Source of the DNA: an uncultured Bacteriovoracaceae bacterium
Lineage (GTDB): Bacteria > Bdellovibrionota > Bacteriovoracia > Bacteriovoracales > Bacteriovoracaceae
Reading direction: 5' to 3'
Assembly: GCA_964012805.1 (NCBI GenBank)
Contig: CAXGUD010000010.1
Span: 32,001 to 96,000, forward strand
DNA length: 64,000 nt
Shown here: in pieces, positions 1 to 11,400 of the stretch
Layout: every line of letters begins with the position of its first letter
How positions within the stretch are numbered: the first letter of the stretch is position 1
Notes under the pieces: generated by a model
What the model was told of the DNA's origin: nothing
The model's input: only the letters and a program-made list of their open reading frames with translations
Database searches by the model: none
Made by a program: the position numbers and the translations under genes

Positions 1-848
1 ATAAAGTTTTTTGAAGGGCAATCTTTATAGGGAAACTTAAAACCAAAATGGATGTTTGATGAGTTCAATTCAATAAAGTCCATTTTTTCAAGTTGCTTTA
101 ATTTTGATTGAGCTTGTTTTGCCTTAGAAGCTTTTGCACCAAACCTATTTACAAAACTTTCCAGGTGTTCTTTCTTTTTTAGTTGGTTTTCTAGAGTTTT
201 TTCTCCAATTTTTTTATCTAGATCAACTCTTTCATAAAAAGATTTGGTATTTCCTTTTATTTTTTTTAACCCCCCATCGTAAATACCCATAACATGATCT
301 ACACATTGATCCATGAAGCCTCTATCATGTGTGATTAAAATAACTTCACCTGAAAAATCCTTTATAAATCTCTTTAGCCACCTAAGGCTCAATATATCCA
401 AATAGTTTGTAGGTTCATCCAGTAATAGTAAGTTTGGGTTTTTTAATAAAACTTTGGTCAACTCAATCCTAATTTGATACCCACCAGAAAATGAGGAGGG
501 AGGTCTTTTCAAATCTTCCTCAGAAAAGCCTAAACCGAAAAGTATTTTCTCAGCCCTAAAATAATCAAACTTTTCATCCTCCTTCAACTCCTGAACACAC
601 TCTTCCTTTAAAGTCGGTTTGGAAAAATTAAGGTGTTGGGTTAAACTTCCCACTGTGTAGCCTTTGGGTAGCCTTATACCGCCAGAATCTGAAGATAAAT
701 GTCCTTCAATAATCTTTAAAAGAGTCGATTTTCCCGTACCATTCCTACCAACAAGGCCCACTTTTTCTTTTTGCTTGAGAGAAAAAGAGACGTTTTCAAA
801 TAGTATTTGACTTCCAAAAGTTTTAGATAGGTTGGAAACTTGAATCAT
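1..848 (-). CDS. ABC-F family ATP-binding protein (N-terminal part; runs off the window edge)
   Basis: Not in the ORF track. Manual translation from ATG at 848 gives MIQVSNLSKTFGSQILFENVSFSL..., Walker A GRNGTGKST, signature FSGGYQ, Walker B LLLLDEPTNYLD, ITHDR and the ABC-F linker RFGAKASKAKQAQS. No TM helices. Confidence 0.9.
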   Translation of the reverse strand, partial: MIQVSNLSKTFGSQILFENVSFSLKQKEKVGLVGRNGTGKSTLLKIIEGHLSSDSGGIRLPKGYTVGSLTQHLNFSKPTLKEECVQELKEDEKFDYFRAEKILFGLGFSEEDLKRPPSSFSGGYQIRIELTKVLLKNPNLLLLDEPTNYLDILSLRWLKRFIKDFSGEVILITHDRGFMDQCVDHVMGIYDGGLKKIKGNTKSFYERVDLDKKIGEKTLENQLKKKEHLESFVNRFGAKASKAKQAQSKLKQLEKMDFIELNSSNIHFGFKFPYKDCPSKNF

Positions 849-1139
849 ATCACTTGCCAATTTTTTAGGTTTATTTATCACTTTTTCTAACATAGTTTTT
901 TATAAACAAAAAAATAAAATTTATTAAACTACTTATAATTTTTTTTATCTTTAAAATTATGGATATCCCATAAATTTTATTCACCTACCTAATAATTTTA
1001 AATGCCTAAAAAAGTATGATTAAAACTACAATAATTTAAACAAAAAAGAGGTAAAAAATTCTTTTGAAATGAATTCAACTTCAACATAAAATTAAGAAAT
1101 GGGTGCTAGACCCCCCAAAATATTAGAAAGAAGAGTTAA

Positions 1140-1805
1140 ATGCACTTAACAATTGTTGATGATCTTGAAGAAAACCTTGAGCTTTATAAAGATGTCTTAG
1201 AGGCGGACTTTAAACTCAAGTTAATTCAGCAGCCCTTAAAACTCTTCGAATATTTAAATGACTCAAAGACTGATCTTCTTCTCCTAGATTTTCATCTTCC
1301 AAATATTGATGGATTTGAACTCTTCAGAAAAATAAGGAAGACTCATAAAAAACTTCCCATTATTTTCATTACTGGAGATCCCTCAGAGGAGACAATGATA
1401 AATGCACTTAACCTTGGAGCTGTTGATTTTTTAAGAAAACCTGTTTCGATTCCAGAGCTAGTTGCAAGAATTAAGAACAAAATTATGACTTCTGAAAAAG
1501 GCCCTACAACAGAAGAAGACACTATAAAAATTGAAAACTTCACTCTCTTTTGCGACATGCAACTTGCCCAAATAGATGATAAGAAGGTTCAGCTTACCCC
1601 AATTGAGTTTAAATTTATTCAACTCCTTGCTAAAAACCCCAATAAAATATTTAGCAGAGACTATATAACAAACCTATTATGGCCAGATGTTCATGTCCAA
1701 AACCAAAATATTGACACGCACCTCTCAAATTTAAGAAAAAAGCTCAAACCATTTTCAAAACAAATAAAAACAATCAAATCTAGAGGCTATATTCTTCGAA
1801 TTTAG
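1140..1805 (+). CDS. OmpR/PhoB-family response regulator
   Basis: Receiver domain (IVDD, LLLLDFHLP phosphoacceptor, KP) plus winged helix (LTPIEF...IDTHLSNLRKKL...TIKSRGY). Confidence 0.93.
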   Translation: MHLTIVDDLEENLELYKDVLEADFKLKLIQQPLKLFEYLNDSKTDLLLLDFHLPNIDGFELFRKIRKTHKKLPIIFITGDPSEETMINALNLGAVDFLRKPVSIPELVARIKNKIMTSEKGPTTEEDTIKIENFTLFCDMQLAQIDDKKVQLTPIEFKFIQLLAKNPNKIFSRDYITNLLWPDVHVQNQNIDTHLSNLRKKLKPFSKQIKTIKSRGYILRI

Positions 1806-1904
1806 CACCAATTTATCTCTTCTCCCTCTTGATCGCTCCATCTCTTTATCGTAGGGTACCCCTCAAATTACAAAACATAATATTCTTTCTCTAGGAATTG
1901 CGCA

Positions 1905-3833
1905 ATGAGACATACCGGTCAAGTTCTTATAACTTGCTGCCTTCTAATAATCCTTTCTTTGGAATCTTTAGCTTCTAGCGAAAGCCAAATACGATTAAAG
2001 TTCCTTAAAAAGAAAGAGGAAAGAAAAAAGAAGGCCTGGAAAAAAGTATTCTCCCAAATATTTGCGAAAAATATAAAGAGGGAACTCTCAATAAATGGCA
2101 AAGAAAGAGACCCCCTGCCTTTAACCTATCAATCGCTCTATTATAACCCTGAAGACTTTCCAACACTTTTTTCTAAAATTGGAGAAAGTGAAAGTACGAT
2201 TCAGGCTTTTGAATCAAGAGAACGCCTTTTATCTAAACCAAAAAGGTTTCGATATTTATTAAGACATTCTATACCCAGCTTTAAATTCAATAGAGGGGCA
2301 AGAAACCTTATAAAAAGCTATAACCGCTACTATAAAAGAGACTCTAATCAAATAAATCCACAAAACTTCTTTGAAAACCCTCTTGGGCAAAGGCTTATGC
2401 ATGAATTAAAAGACACACTCTTTATTGTCCTCTCTGGATTTGGATCCCACCTCATAGATGAAGCTCCTTTTCAAAGTGTGCTCCAAGAAATTAACCGTTA
2501 TTATGGAAGAAACTTACCCAACGGGTCTAGACCTATCTATTATCCTTTACCAGCAGAAAATAGGTTTCAACCTCACGAACTCTTCTACAATGTAGATCAA
2601 AAACAAATAAAAATGGACATAGTCTACCCTATGGGAAGCGAGTGGGGAGATACACTTGGTCCTCATGCCATGAATGCAGAAAAATTGAATAAGTGGATTT
2701 CTTCATTGCCTGAAATCTATAAGGAAAAAGAAATAGTCTTTATTGGATATAGTAAGGGTCTAACTGTTGCTCTTGAATTACTTAAAAAAGATCTGGACTT
2801 ACAAAAAAGAACACGGGCCGTTTTTTCATTATCAGGACCTCAGCAAGGTTCACTTAGCCTTCAACTAATCCTAAAAGATCTAATGAAAGTCACAGGCACA
2901 TCTTCTAACGAAGACCTATACAAGCTTCTTACCGACCAAAATTTGAAAACCTTTTTAGCTGACTTAAAAATTAATTACGAAAGTAAAAATCAAAACGAAT
3001 ATCATAAACTCTTAGAAGTCCTTTATAAAATAGAAATGGGTCATCTACCTGAAACTTTATTAGATAAGGTGAGTTCTTTCCTCTCAGAAGATTCACTTTC
3101 TATCTTTAAAGGAGCAATTGAGCAATCGCCAACATACAGAGCAAAATGGAACTTAGAAAACTTAAATGATTCAGTTTTCAAATTTCCCCTAACCATCTTT
3201 TCAACTTCTTTCATTACAAATGTTAAAGACTTTTTTCACAAATTTGACTCCTCCTCAAATACTTATAAATTCAACAATGAAATAGTTCCCAAAATACGGC
3301 CCGACCTCTTTAAAAAAGTTAACATAGAATGGTCATCTTACGATTTTGGAAATGATTTAGTAAAAAATATAAACCAGTTTGTTGATTGGAAAAGGTTCAG
3401 TATGGATTCGTTCCTTCTTCATTTAACTTCTCTTGCAGCATTTGAAAGAAGTCCTTATGGAATGATGGATACTCAAGTAACCTGGCCTGACTCTAAATCA
3501 TTTTTTTTAGACCCAAGACCATTAAAAGCACAATTTACGGAAAATGAAATCTCAAGAATTTATGACAAACTAAATCTAAATTGGGATAAACCACACTTTG
3601 ATGAATTTAACAACGCTCCAAGAAATAAGCTTATTCCAGAAGAATTCCGAAAAAACCTCAAATTTATTGATCTTGGAGAAGTCAGAGGATCTCACTGGAG
3701 TATTCCTTTTACTCAGGCGATAAGAATTCCTAACAGTCATCCTATGTTGAGTTTTAAAAACCAATTCCCGCGAAAAGAGTTTTTACTTTCAATTATTCAA
3801 ACTTATGCTCTTTATAAAAAGGAAAATAATTAA
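1905..3833 (+). CDS. Exported alpha/beta-hydrolase-like (lipase/esterase) protein
   Basis: Signal peptide ending in SLA, VLSGFG oxyanion-like strand, nucleophile elbow IGYSKG, SLSGPQQGS, and candidate Asp (MDTQV) and His (GSHW). Confidence 0.65.
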   Translation: MRHTGQVLITCCLLIILSLESLASSESQIRLKFLKKKEERKKKAWKKVFSQIFAKNIKRELSINGKERDPLPLTYQSLYYNPEDFPTLFSKIGESESTIQAFESRERLLSKPKRFRYLLRHSIPSFKFNRGARNLIKSYNRYYKRDSNQINPQNFFENPLGQRLMHELKDTLFIVLSGFGSHLIDEAPFQSVLQEINRYYGRNLPNGSRPIYYPLPAENRFQPHELFYNVDQKQIKMDIVYPMGSEWGDTLGPHAMNAEKLNKWISSLPEIYKEKEIVFIGYSKGLTVALELLKKDLDLQKRTRAVFSLSGPQQGSLSLQLILKDLMKVTGTSSNEDLYKLLTDQNLKTFLADLKINYESKNQNEYHKLLEVLYKIEMGHLPETLLDKVSSFLSEDSLSIFKGAIEQSPTYRAKWNLENLNDSVFKFPLTIFSTSFITNVKDFFHKFDSSSNTYKFNNEIVPKIRPDLFKKVNIEWSSYDFGNDLVKNINQFVDWKRFSMDSFLLHLTSLAAFERSPYGMMDTQVTWPDSKSFFLDPRPLKAQFTENEISRIYDKLNLNWDKPHFDEFNNAPRNKLIPEEFRKNLKFIDLGEVRGSHWSIPFTQAIRIPNSHPMLSFKNQFPRKEFLLSIIQTYALYKKENN

Positions 3834-5533
3834 TGAAAACCTTAAAACTAACTTGCTTAATTTCATTAATTTTATTCTCTTTTTCTTCAAAAGGAAAATT
3901 CAGAAAAACTTCTGACGCTCATTTCTTTAAGGCACCTAGCTCTGCTAAAGATGCTATAAACTTGCTTAATAAATTAACTTCGTCTATGTCCTATGGGATA
4001 TGGACAAACCAGATTTTAAATGGCTCGGGAAATAAATATTTGTCCAGCCCGTTATCCTCTGAAATAGAATCTCAGCAGTTTTTGAGGATTTTTTCTCTTT
4101 TTGATCTGGCCCTTACAACTGAAATGAAAAAGTGGGAAGCAGAATCAAAAGAGCCAAAACACTTTCTATACCTTTTTGCTCCTATGGAAAAGAGATATAT
4201 GGATGACTTCCAAAGCCTACCTGATCATCCTCTTATATCAAAAACAAAAAAAGCGTCAGAAGTTTTCTTCCCAAGGTTCATGAAATGGCCTTTCAAAAGA
4301 ATCTCCTCAGGAGATATTGTCCATAAGGACCAAAAAACTACTTTTTCTTTAGACTTTCAAAACAAATTAAACCAAGGTTTAGAAAAAAGATTAGAATTCT
4401 TCTGGAAACACGTAGAAAACCTTTACTTTAATAAAGATGGAAAGAAAAACCTACAGGATCTTTACTCACTCTATCAATCACTATTTATTCCCTTTGCTAT
4501 ACTCTGTGAAATGCAAGTCGATAAAGAAAAGGGAAGTTCTTATAAATTGTCCCTTTTCCTTCCCTCACTTTTTAGCTTTGAGAAAAGTAATAATCCAACT
4601 CTTTTGCCTTTAGTTTTAAAACCAGGGATCGAGATGAATCTCCCTATAAATGTTGAGACCCCAATGGCAAAGTTTTTATCAGTCAATTACCTCAAAGAAG
4701 GTGTCAATAATCAAAATATGTTTCAGCATGCTAGAAAAAAGCTTATTAAAATAGAATTGACGAAATATTTTAATAAACAAGATGAAATTTTAATGAGCAT
4801 AAAATTTGGTTCCCTTTGGAAAAAACAAGTTATAAAAGCACAAAAACCACCATCAAAAGTTAAGAAGTTTTTCAGTAGGTTTAAAAGGAAAAAAGTAAAA
4901 TTGCATGAGCCAATAGGGCTATATCCAATAGATATGGAGACTATGACTGATGGGATCGGCTTAGATGGCTTTGTAAATTTTCCTTTCCTAAAGGAAAAAT
5001 CAAAAGTTAATAAATATTTTAATCAATATAAAATGAGAGTTTTTATAAACCGATTAAATATTAATTTAAAAAGACCTAAACAAAAATCCCTAGAAGATTC
5101 ATTCAAGAAAAACCTCACATTTACTACTTTATTTGACAAAAAAAACAGCCTTATTTCATTTCGTCTAAATAAAGAGGCAGAAAAGAAAAGCCAGGTCTTC
5201 TTTTTAGAAAAAATTTTAGGGTTTACATGCATACCTAAACCTATAGCAACTCAGAGATTTTATTTCAAAAACAGTAAATTTGAGTGCTATCAGGACCTTT
5301 CAACAATCAAGGACTTTAAAGCAACATATTCAAATGATATTTTAAAAAGAACAAAGCGGTTTGGCGTCAAAGGTTTATCTTTACTTAATTTTAGACACAC
5401 TCTCAACGACCTTTCTAATCGAGATATCGTTGAGGAGCTTAAAGATAAATCTCCTGAGTTAATACAAGATGTTCTAAAAACCGTTAAAGAATCCTATGAT
5501 GGCTTTAATCTAACAATAGGAACTTTTCCTTAA
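3833..5533 (+). CDS. Exported hypothetical protein
   Basis: 566-aa ORF with an N-terminal signal peptide; start overlaps the upstream stop (TAATG). Confidence 0.75.
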   Translation: MKTLKLTCLISLILFSFSSKGKFRKTSDAHFFKAPSSAKDAINLLNKLTSSMSYGIWTNQILNGSGNKYLSSPLSSEIESQQFLRIFSLFDLALTTEMKKWEAESKEPKHFLYLFAPMEKRYMDDFQSLPDHPLISKTKKASEVFFPRFMKWPFKRISSGDIVHKDQKTTFSLDFQNKLNQGLEKRLEFFWKHVENLYFNKDGKKNLQDLYSLYQSLFIPFAILCEMQVDKEKGSSYKLSLFLPSLFSFEKSNNPTLLPLVLKPGIEMNLPINVETPMAKFLSVNYLKEGVNNQNMFQHARKKLIKIELTKYFNKQDEILMSIKFGSLWKKQVIKAQKPPSKVKKFFSRFKRKKVKLHEPIGLYPIDMETMTDGIGLDGFVNFPFLKEKSKVNKYFNQYKMRVFINRLNINLKRPKQKSLEDSFKKNLTFTTLFDKKNSLISFRLNKEAEKKSQVFFLEKILGFTCIPKPIATQRFYFKNSKFECYQDLSTIKDFKATYSNDILKRTKRFGVKGLSLLNFRHTLNDLSNRDIVEELKDKSPELIQDVLKTVKESYDGFNLTIGTFP

Positions 5534-5545
5534 AAAGGAATTATT

Positions 5546-6658
5546 CTATATCTTTAAAGCGTTCTCTATTTCATTAAAGATAAGATCTTTCGCCTTATTT
5601 TCCATCTTTTTCACACCTGGTCCCCTATAAGCCAGGTTCCTTCTATCTGCTACACTTTTTTCAAGCTTGGAAATGCTTCTGAAAAAAGTGTCTGCGTCTA
5701 AAAAGTCTTCTTCAATAATTTCTGAACCACACGTATTCTTTGCTTCCATAGCATTATGAAATTGTTCATTTTTTTGGGCAATTTTTAGAGGTATAAAAAG
5801 ACTTGGCTTTTTCAGAGCGAGAAGCTCAGATACTGTCCCAGCTCCCGCACGGGATATTACAATTGAGCTCGCCTTAAATAAATCAACAATTCCTTCATCT
5901 AAAAAGTCAAAAGATTGGTAATCAGCACAATTAAGAGCTTCAAAGTCCTTTTTAAAGTTTTTTCCAACTTGATGAAAAATGGTAAAGCGTTTTTGTAATT
6001 CTTTCTTATTTTTTAAAATTAGGTTATTAATCAAAAGAGATCCATTTCCTCCACCAGTTGCAAAAAGAATGGGTTTTTCGTTTTTCTTAATATCAATACC
6101 ACAAACCTCATCTCTTTTAATGAAACTCTGAAAGCATTCATCTCTTAAAGGATATCCAGAAAAAACGACCTTATCGTTTTTAAAATAGCGTCTAGAAGAC
6201 TCAAAGCTTATAAAAACTTTATCAGCGAAAAAAGAAGATATTCGATTGGCCAACCCCACACGACTCGTCTGCTCATGAATAAAAACCTTCTTACCTGTCA
6301 AAAAGCCGGCAATGACAACAGGTACGGACACAAATCCTCCTGTGGAAAAAATTAGGCAATTCTTTTTTGAAAACTTCATCAAATAAAGAAAAGATTGAAT
6401 TGTTCCTACAAGAAGTTTAAAAATATCAAAAAAGTTTTCCATGGAAAAGTAACGCCTTAACTTTCCCGTATAAATTGCCTTATAAGGAATTTCAACATTG
6501 CTGATAAGTTGACCCTCAATTCCATTTATTCCACCAATATAGCGGACGGAAACTGAAGGAAAATCTGACCTGAGGTTTTTAATTAAAGTAATGGCAGGAA
6601 TGACATGACCACCACTTCCTCCTCCAGTAAAAACAACAACCTTTTTGGTCATAAACAA
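5546..6658 (-). CDS. murG: UDP-GlcNAc:lipid I N-acetylglucosaminyltransferase MurG
   Basis: TGGGSGGHVIP, TGKLRRYFS, STGGFVSVP, HEQ, G.ANR, SRAGAGT and EQFHNA motifs. Confidence 0.93.
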   Translation of the reverse strand: MFMTKKVVVFTGGGSGGHVIPAITLIKNLRSDFPSVSVRYIGGINGIEGQLISNVEIPYKAIYTGKLRRYFSMENFFDIFKLLVGTIQSFLYLMKFSKKNCLIFSTGGFVSVPVVIAGFLTGKKVFIHEQTSRVGLANRISSFFADKVFISFESSRRYFKNDKVVFSGYPLRDECFQSFIKRDEVCGIDIKKNEKPILFATGGGNGSLLINNLILKNKKELQKRFTIFHQVGKNFKKDFEALNCADYQSFDFLDEGIVDLFKASSIVISRAGAGTVSELLALKKPSLFIPLKIAQKNEQFHNAMEAKNTCGSEIIEEDFLDADTFFRSISKLEKSVADRRNLAYRGPGVKKMENKAKDLIFNEIENALKI

Positions 6659-6668
6659 AGCTTCCTTT

Positions 6669-7586
6669 TCAAAATAGTCCTAATTGAACAGTTTCCTTTA
6701 ACAAAGCTGGCGATCTTATTTCTTTATTATTAGAAACTATTTTAAAGTTTTTGACAAAGTCCATGGCCACATCAACGCAATCACCCTCAACGGGTTGATG
6801 AAAAAAGAAAAAAGCTTCTTCCAAGCCTTGATCAAGCCATTTTGAAATTAAATGTGCCCATTCCTTAGACCTATTAAAGTCACTTTTATGAAGTCCATTA
6901 CCAGTAAACCTAATCATGACTTGTTGGCTTGTTAATGCAGTATGACACACGTCCCTACGTCCCGCGACATCTGTGCATGCTAAAATAACCCCAAAAGCTC
7001 TCATATGGTCTACTAATTTTTTAAAATTCTTAGAAAAAAACCACTCAGGGTGCCTGAACTCAACCGCTAATTTCATATTTTTAGGAAAAAGACGAATAAA
7101 TTTTACTAAGGCCTTCCACCTACTCAAATCGAAATAAGGGTTCAGTTGAAGAAGAAGTGGCCCTAGGTGCTCACCAAAAAGTTCCATTGCCGTAAGAAAG
7201 TCCTTTAAAAGAGGGTCCTCTACACCTAAGTTTCTTTCATTGGCCAAGGCCCCGGGGATTTTTGGACAAAATTTAAAACCTTTAGGGACTTTAGCACACC
7301 AGTCCAAAATAGCACTGTTAGAAGGAAGAGCATAGTAAGTAGAATTTAACTCAATGCTCTGAAAATTTTCTGCGTATAGAGTTAAATAATCTTCGACCTT
7401 TGTTAACTTAGGATAGATTTTTCCAATAAAACTTCTATCTCTCCAAACCGGGCACCCCAAAAAAATTTTAGTTTTTACATTTCCTTTTGTATTTAAGCCT
7501 TTAAGAAAACATTCATTATCCCCATTAAAATTAAAAGGTAAATTAAATTTAATGCCCTCAATATTATGAACTTTTCCAAATTTCAT
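6669..7586 (-). CDS. DUF72 (YecE-like) TIM-barrel protein
   Basis: IELNSTYYALP, FKFCPKIP, GPLLLQL, AVEFRHPEW motifs. Confidence 0.88.
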   Translation of the reverse strand: MKFGKVHNIEGIKFNLPFNFNGDNECFLKGLNTKGNVKTKIFLGCPVWRDRSFIGKIYPKLTKVEDYLTLYAENFQSIELNSTYYALPSNSAILDWCAKVPKGFKFCPKIPGALANERNLGVEDPLLKDFLTAMELFGEHLGPLLLQLNPYFDLSRWKALVKFIRLFPKNMKLAVEFRHPEWFFSKNFKKLVDHMRAFGVILACTDVAGRRDVCHTALTSQQVMIRFTGNGLHKSDFNRSKEWAHLISKWLDQGLEEAFFFFHQPVEGDCVDVAMDFVKNFKIVSNNKEIRSPALLKETVQLGLF

Positions 7587-7597
7587 TTAATGCCTAT

Positions 7598-8335
7598 CTA
7601 AATATGATCGGAGACATGCTCGGGTAAGGACCAATCTACCTTTTTTAGGCCCATTTTATCTAAGTAAAGATTTACCTTAGAAAAGTGCTTATTGCCCAAA
7701 AACCCTCGATGAGCAGAAAAAGGTGAGGGATGAGGTGACTCTAAAACTAAATGCCTTTTTCTATTAAGTTTCTCGCCTTTCCTTTGAGCATGGGCCCCCC
7801 AAAGAAGAAAAACAAGATTCTCTTTTTGCTCATTAAGTATTTCTACCACTTTATCTGTAAAGTGCTCCCAACCCTTATTTTGATGGGATCCGGCCTTGCT
7901 TTTCTCAACGGTTAGAACATTATTAAGCATGAGAACACCTTCTTTGGCCCAACTTTCTAAATATCCATGACAGACAGGTTTTATACCTAAATCAGACTCC
8001 AGTTCTTTGTAAATATTTTGAAGACTTGGAGGAACCCTAACACCTGGCCTTACTGAAAAGCTTAAACCATGAGCTTGACCCGGTCCGTGGTAAGGGTCTT
8101 GACCAATAATAATGACCTTTACTTTTTGAAAGGGAGTTAAGTCAAAAGCTGAAAAAATATCTTTTCCATGAGGGTACAAAATCTTTTTTTGAGAAATTTC
8201 AGCAGCTAGAAAAGCTCTAAGGTTAACCATGTAATCTTTAAGAAATTCCTCTCCCAAAACATCCATCCAATCAGAGGGAAGCGGATTTTTCCCTTTTAAG
8301 GACCGTTGTTGACTATTTTTTGCATCCAATAGCAT
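7598..8335 (-). CDS. ung: Uracil-DNA glycosylase family 1
   Basis: GQDPYH, AHGLSFSV, PPSLQNI, HPSPFS motifs. Confidence 0.97.
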   Translation of the reverse strand: MLLDAKNSQQRSLKGKNPLPSDWMDVLGEEFLKDYMVNLRAFLAAEISQKKILYPHGKDIFSAFDLTPFQKVKVIIIGQDPYHGPGQAHGLSFSVRPGVRVPPSLQNIYKELESDLGIKPVCHGYLESWAKEGVLMLNNVLTVEKSKAGSHQNKGWEHFTDKVVEILNEQKENLVFLLWGAHAQRKGEKLNRKRHLVLESPHPSPFSAHRGFLGNKHFSKVNLYLDKMGLKKVDWSLPEHVSDHI

Positions 8336-8451
8336 AAAAAACTCCTTTCAAAACAGAGAAGAAGTTCTTATCAGGAACATTATTTTTTGGCAAAATCTGC
8401 ATCGCACCAAATTCCTTCTTATTTCTGTAACTTATCGTGAAGTTTATTTCT

Positions 8452-11400
8452 TTAAAGAGTGAGCTCTATAATAAATTGCGTCCCTTTATCCTTATTGGAA
8501 ACAACCTCTAGTTCAGCCCCTAGAATCTCTATATTTTTCTTAACAACATCCATCCCAACACCTCGGCCAGAAATTTCTGAGACCTCTTCTTTTGTACTAA
8601 AGTTAGGAAGAAAAATTAATTCCAATTTATCTTTATCGCTCATATTAATTAGATCATCTTTAGTCATTACATTATTTTTGATAGCTTTTTCACAAATTCT
8701 ATTGATATCAATACCTCCACCATCATCTTTAAGTATAATTTGCAAAATACTTTCACTTTTTTTCAAACATTCAATTTCAATTACACCCATTTCATCTTTA
8801 CCATTTAGAGATCTTAAAGATGGGACTTCTATACCATGATCTATCGAATTCCTGACAAGGTGAGTAAGGGCATCTTGCAAAAGACCTAATCTCTCTTTTT
8901 CTAGACTTTCCTCATCACCCACAACTCTAAACTTAACTTTTTTTCCCAAGGATTTAGAGACATCTTTTACAACGGGTCCAAACTTTAAAAAAGAATATTT
9001 AATAGGAAGATAAAGTAATTTATCAAAGCTCTTATTTAAATCTTCTAAATCAAACTTTTTTCCTTTTTCAATAAGGCTAAACAAATAATCAAATGAATCA
9101 TTAAAATTTTTAACTAAAACTTCGTATGTTTTTGGTTTAATTTGTTTTTCTTGATCATCATAAAATGAAGAGAAATAATTAAGGCCTTGAATTATATCAA
9201 GATTCTTTAAATAGTTAATACCTGAAGAATAACGACAGCCTGAAACCCACTCAATTATATCTAAAACAGGAATTTTTTCTTGTTTCAAAAACGACTTTAA
9301 AGATTTAATATTTTCCTCACCTATACCTTTTTTAAATTCAAAATACATTTCATTAATTTGCTTTGAAATGCTTTTTTGAATTAAAAGTTTTTTTAAGACT
9401 TTTTGCCTTTCAACCTGAAATATTTTTTCCAATACTTCAATCACATTTTTAGTTGGAATTCCCTTCTGATTTAATGACCTAAGAAAAATGATTAAAACTG
9501 AGTCGCTATTTAATTTTTCAATTTTTTTTATTTCTTCTTCTTTATTCAAAGTATTTACTATTTCAATTCTTTCCTTTTCATTATAAATTTTATTATTTTC
9601 TAAAATCATAATAAATGAAAGGTACTCCCATATTTCCCTTAACTTATTTAAAATAATATCTTTATTAATTATTTTTTCTTCATAACAGGAATAAAGCTCC
9701 CTTAAAGTAGCTGGAATGTATTCTATGCCAAGATCAAATGCCTTTGAATGAAGTCTGTAAATATTTTGAGGTATATTTACACTTGGATCCTCTTTTAGAA
9801 GATTTTGAGTAACCTCATAAATGTCGAAAATTAAATTTGAAAATTCTTCCCTTTTAAATTCAAACTCACTTAATTTATCTGAAGATAAGTATATATGATA
9901 AGAAATATTATTAATATCTTTAAGAGGTCCAAAAAATAGATCATCCCATTCTTGTATATTATCTTCACTAAAATTTTGATCAAATAATAAAATACCTCCC
10001 TCAAACCTATGGATAGTGTCTGAAAGGATTCTTTCATCCATCCCTCTTGAAAGACCTTTCAGGTTATGACTTAATATTAGTAATTCTTCAATTATCTTAT
10101 TTCTTATTTTTTCATCTCTCTGAGTATTTAAAACAAACTCTTTAAGGTCTTCTTTTTCAATAGGATTATTTAAGTTTATTTCATCATTAAGTAATTGAGA
10201 TATTAAGTATTCAAAGTTTTTAAGTTGTTCATGGAGTTTTTGTTTAAATTTAATATCGTCATCAAACTCAAAAGCAAAAACATTTTTTGCTGCTTTTAAA
10301 TATTCATTCAACTGCCCCTGTAGCCCATACATACCTTGAACTATTCCATTTAAATAATCCCAATTAAATTCAACACTATCATGCCCTTCATTTATAATTG
10401 ACACAATCATACTTTCGACTTTGTGGGCTTCTTTAGATATATGACTTAAATTAAAAACTCTTGCAGTACCTTTAACTGTATGAAGATGACGAAACAATAA
10501 ATTAACATCTCTTAATTTTTCTTGTCTTTCCATCTGGGACCTCATCTGCTTTGCGATCCCAATAGATTCTAGTATTATTTTGGTCGCACTCGAAAAGAAT
10601 TGACTTAAGTCCTCTTTTTTATTTGAAGCTAGGTCTTGTAATATTTCAACATTTTTTAAAGATGCTATTTTTTGTTCCTCAACTTCTTTTTCTAATTTTT
10701 CTACTTCTGTAACATCTTCAATCACAAACATGACTCTCTCTATCAGATTTTCCTGATTGTAAATAGGACTATATGATAGTCTTAATACTTTTTCTTTTTG
10801 ATCATCGATTCTAAATATCAACCTAGAAGGAAAATGATCCTTTACCATCATCCATTGCAAGTCATCTGCACCAAATATAATTGAAAAAGAAAACTTAATT
10901 GTAGAATAAACCTCGCTTTTTTTATCTAAGCTAGAAAATAAACTATCAAAAACATCAAGGCCTTCAACTTTTCGTTCGAAAATGTCTTCTGAGTATCTCG
11001 ATACTGGACTAAGGATCATCCCACTTTTATCTACTGTAAACACAGCTTGCTTCATATTATTAAGTAAATTAGAAATATCATTTAAAGCTTTTGATAAATC
11101 TAACGTCCTTTTTTTGACTTTTTCCTCAAGATTAGAATTTGCTTCTTCTAGCTGAACCTTAGCAATAGCTAGCTTTTCAGCTTTTTGAAGAGCGTCTTTT
11201 TTTAATGAGTTAATTATATCGGCTAAGCCAAGTGCAAGTAAAACTACTTGAATTGAAGCACCTATATATAATCCTTGGGTAAAAATAAAAATCGAGGGAA
11301 CCATTCCCAAATTATTTAATACCTTAAAAACAGCACCGACTATAAATACACCAAAAGCAACTATATAAAAATAAGACGGGCGATAACCTTCTTTAACCTT

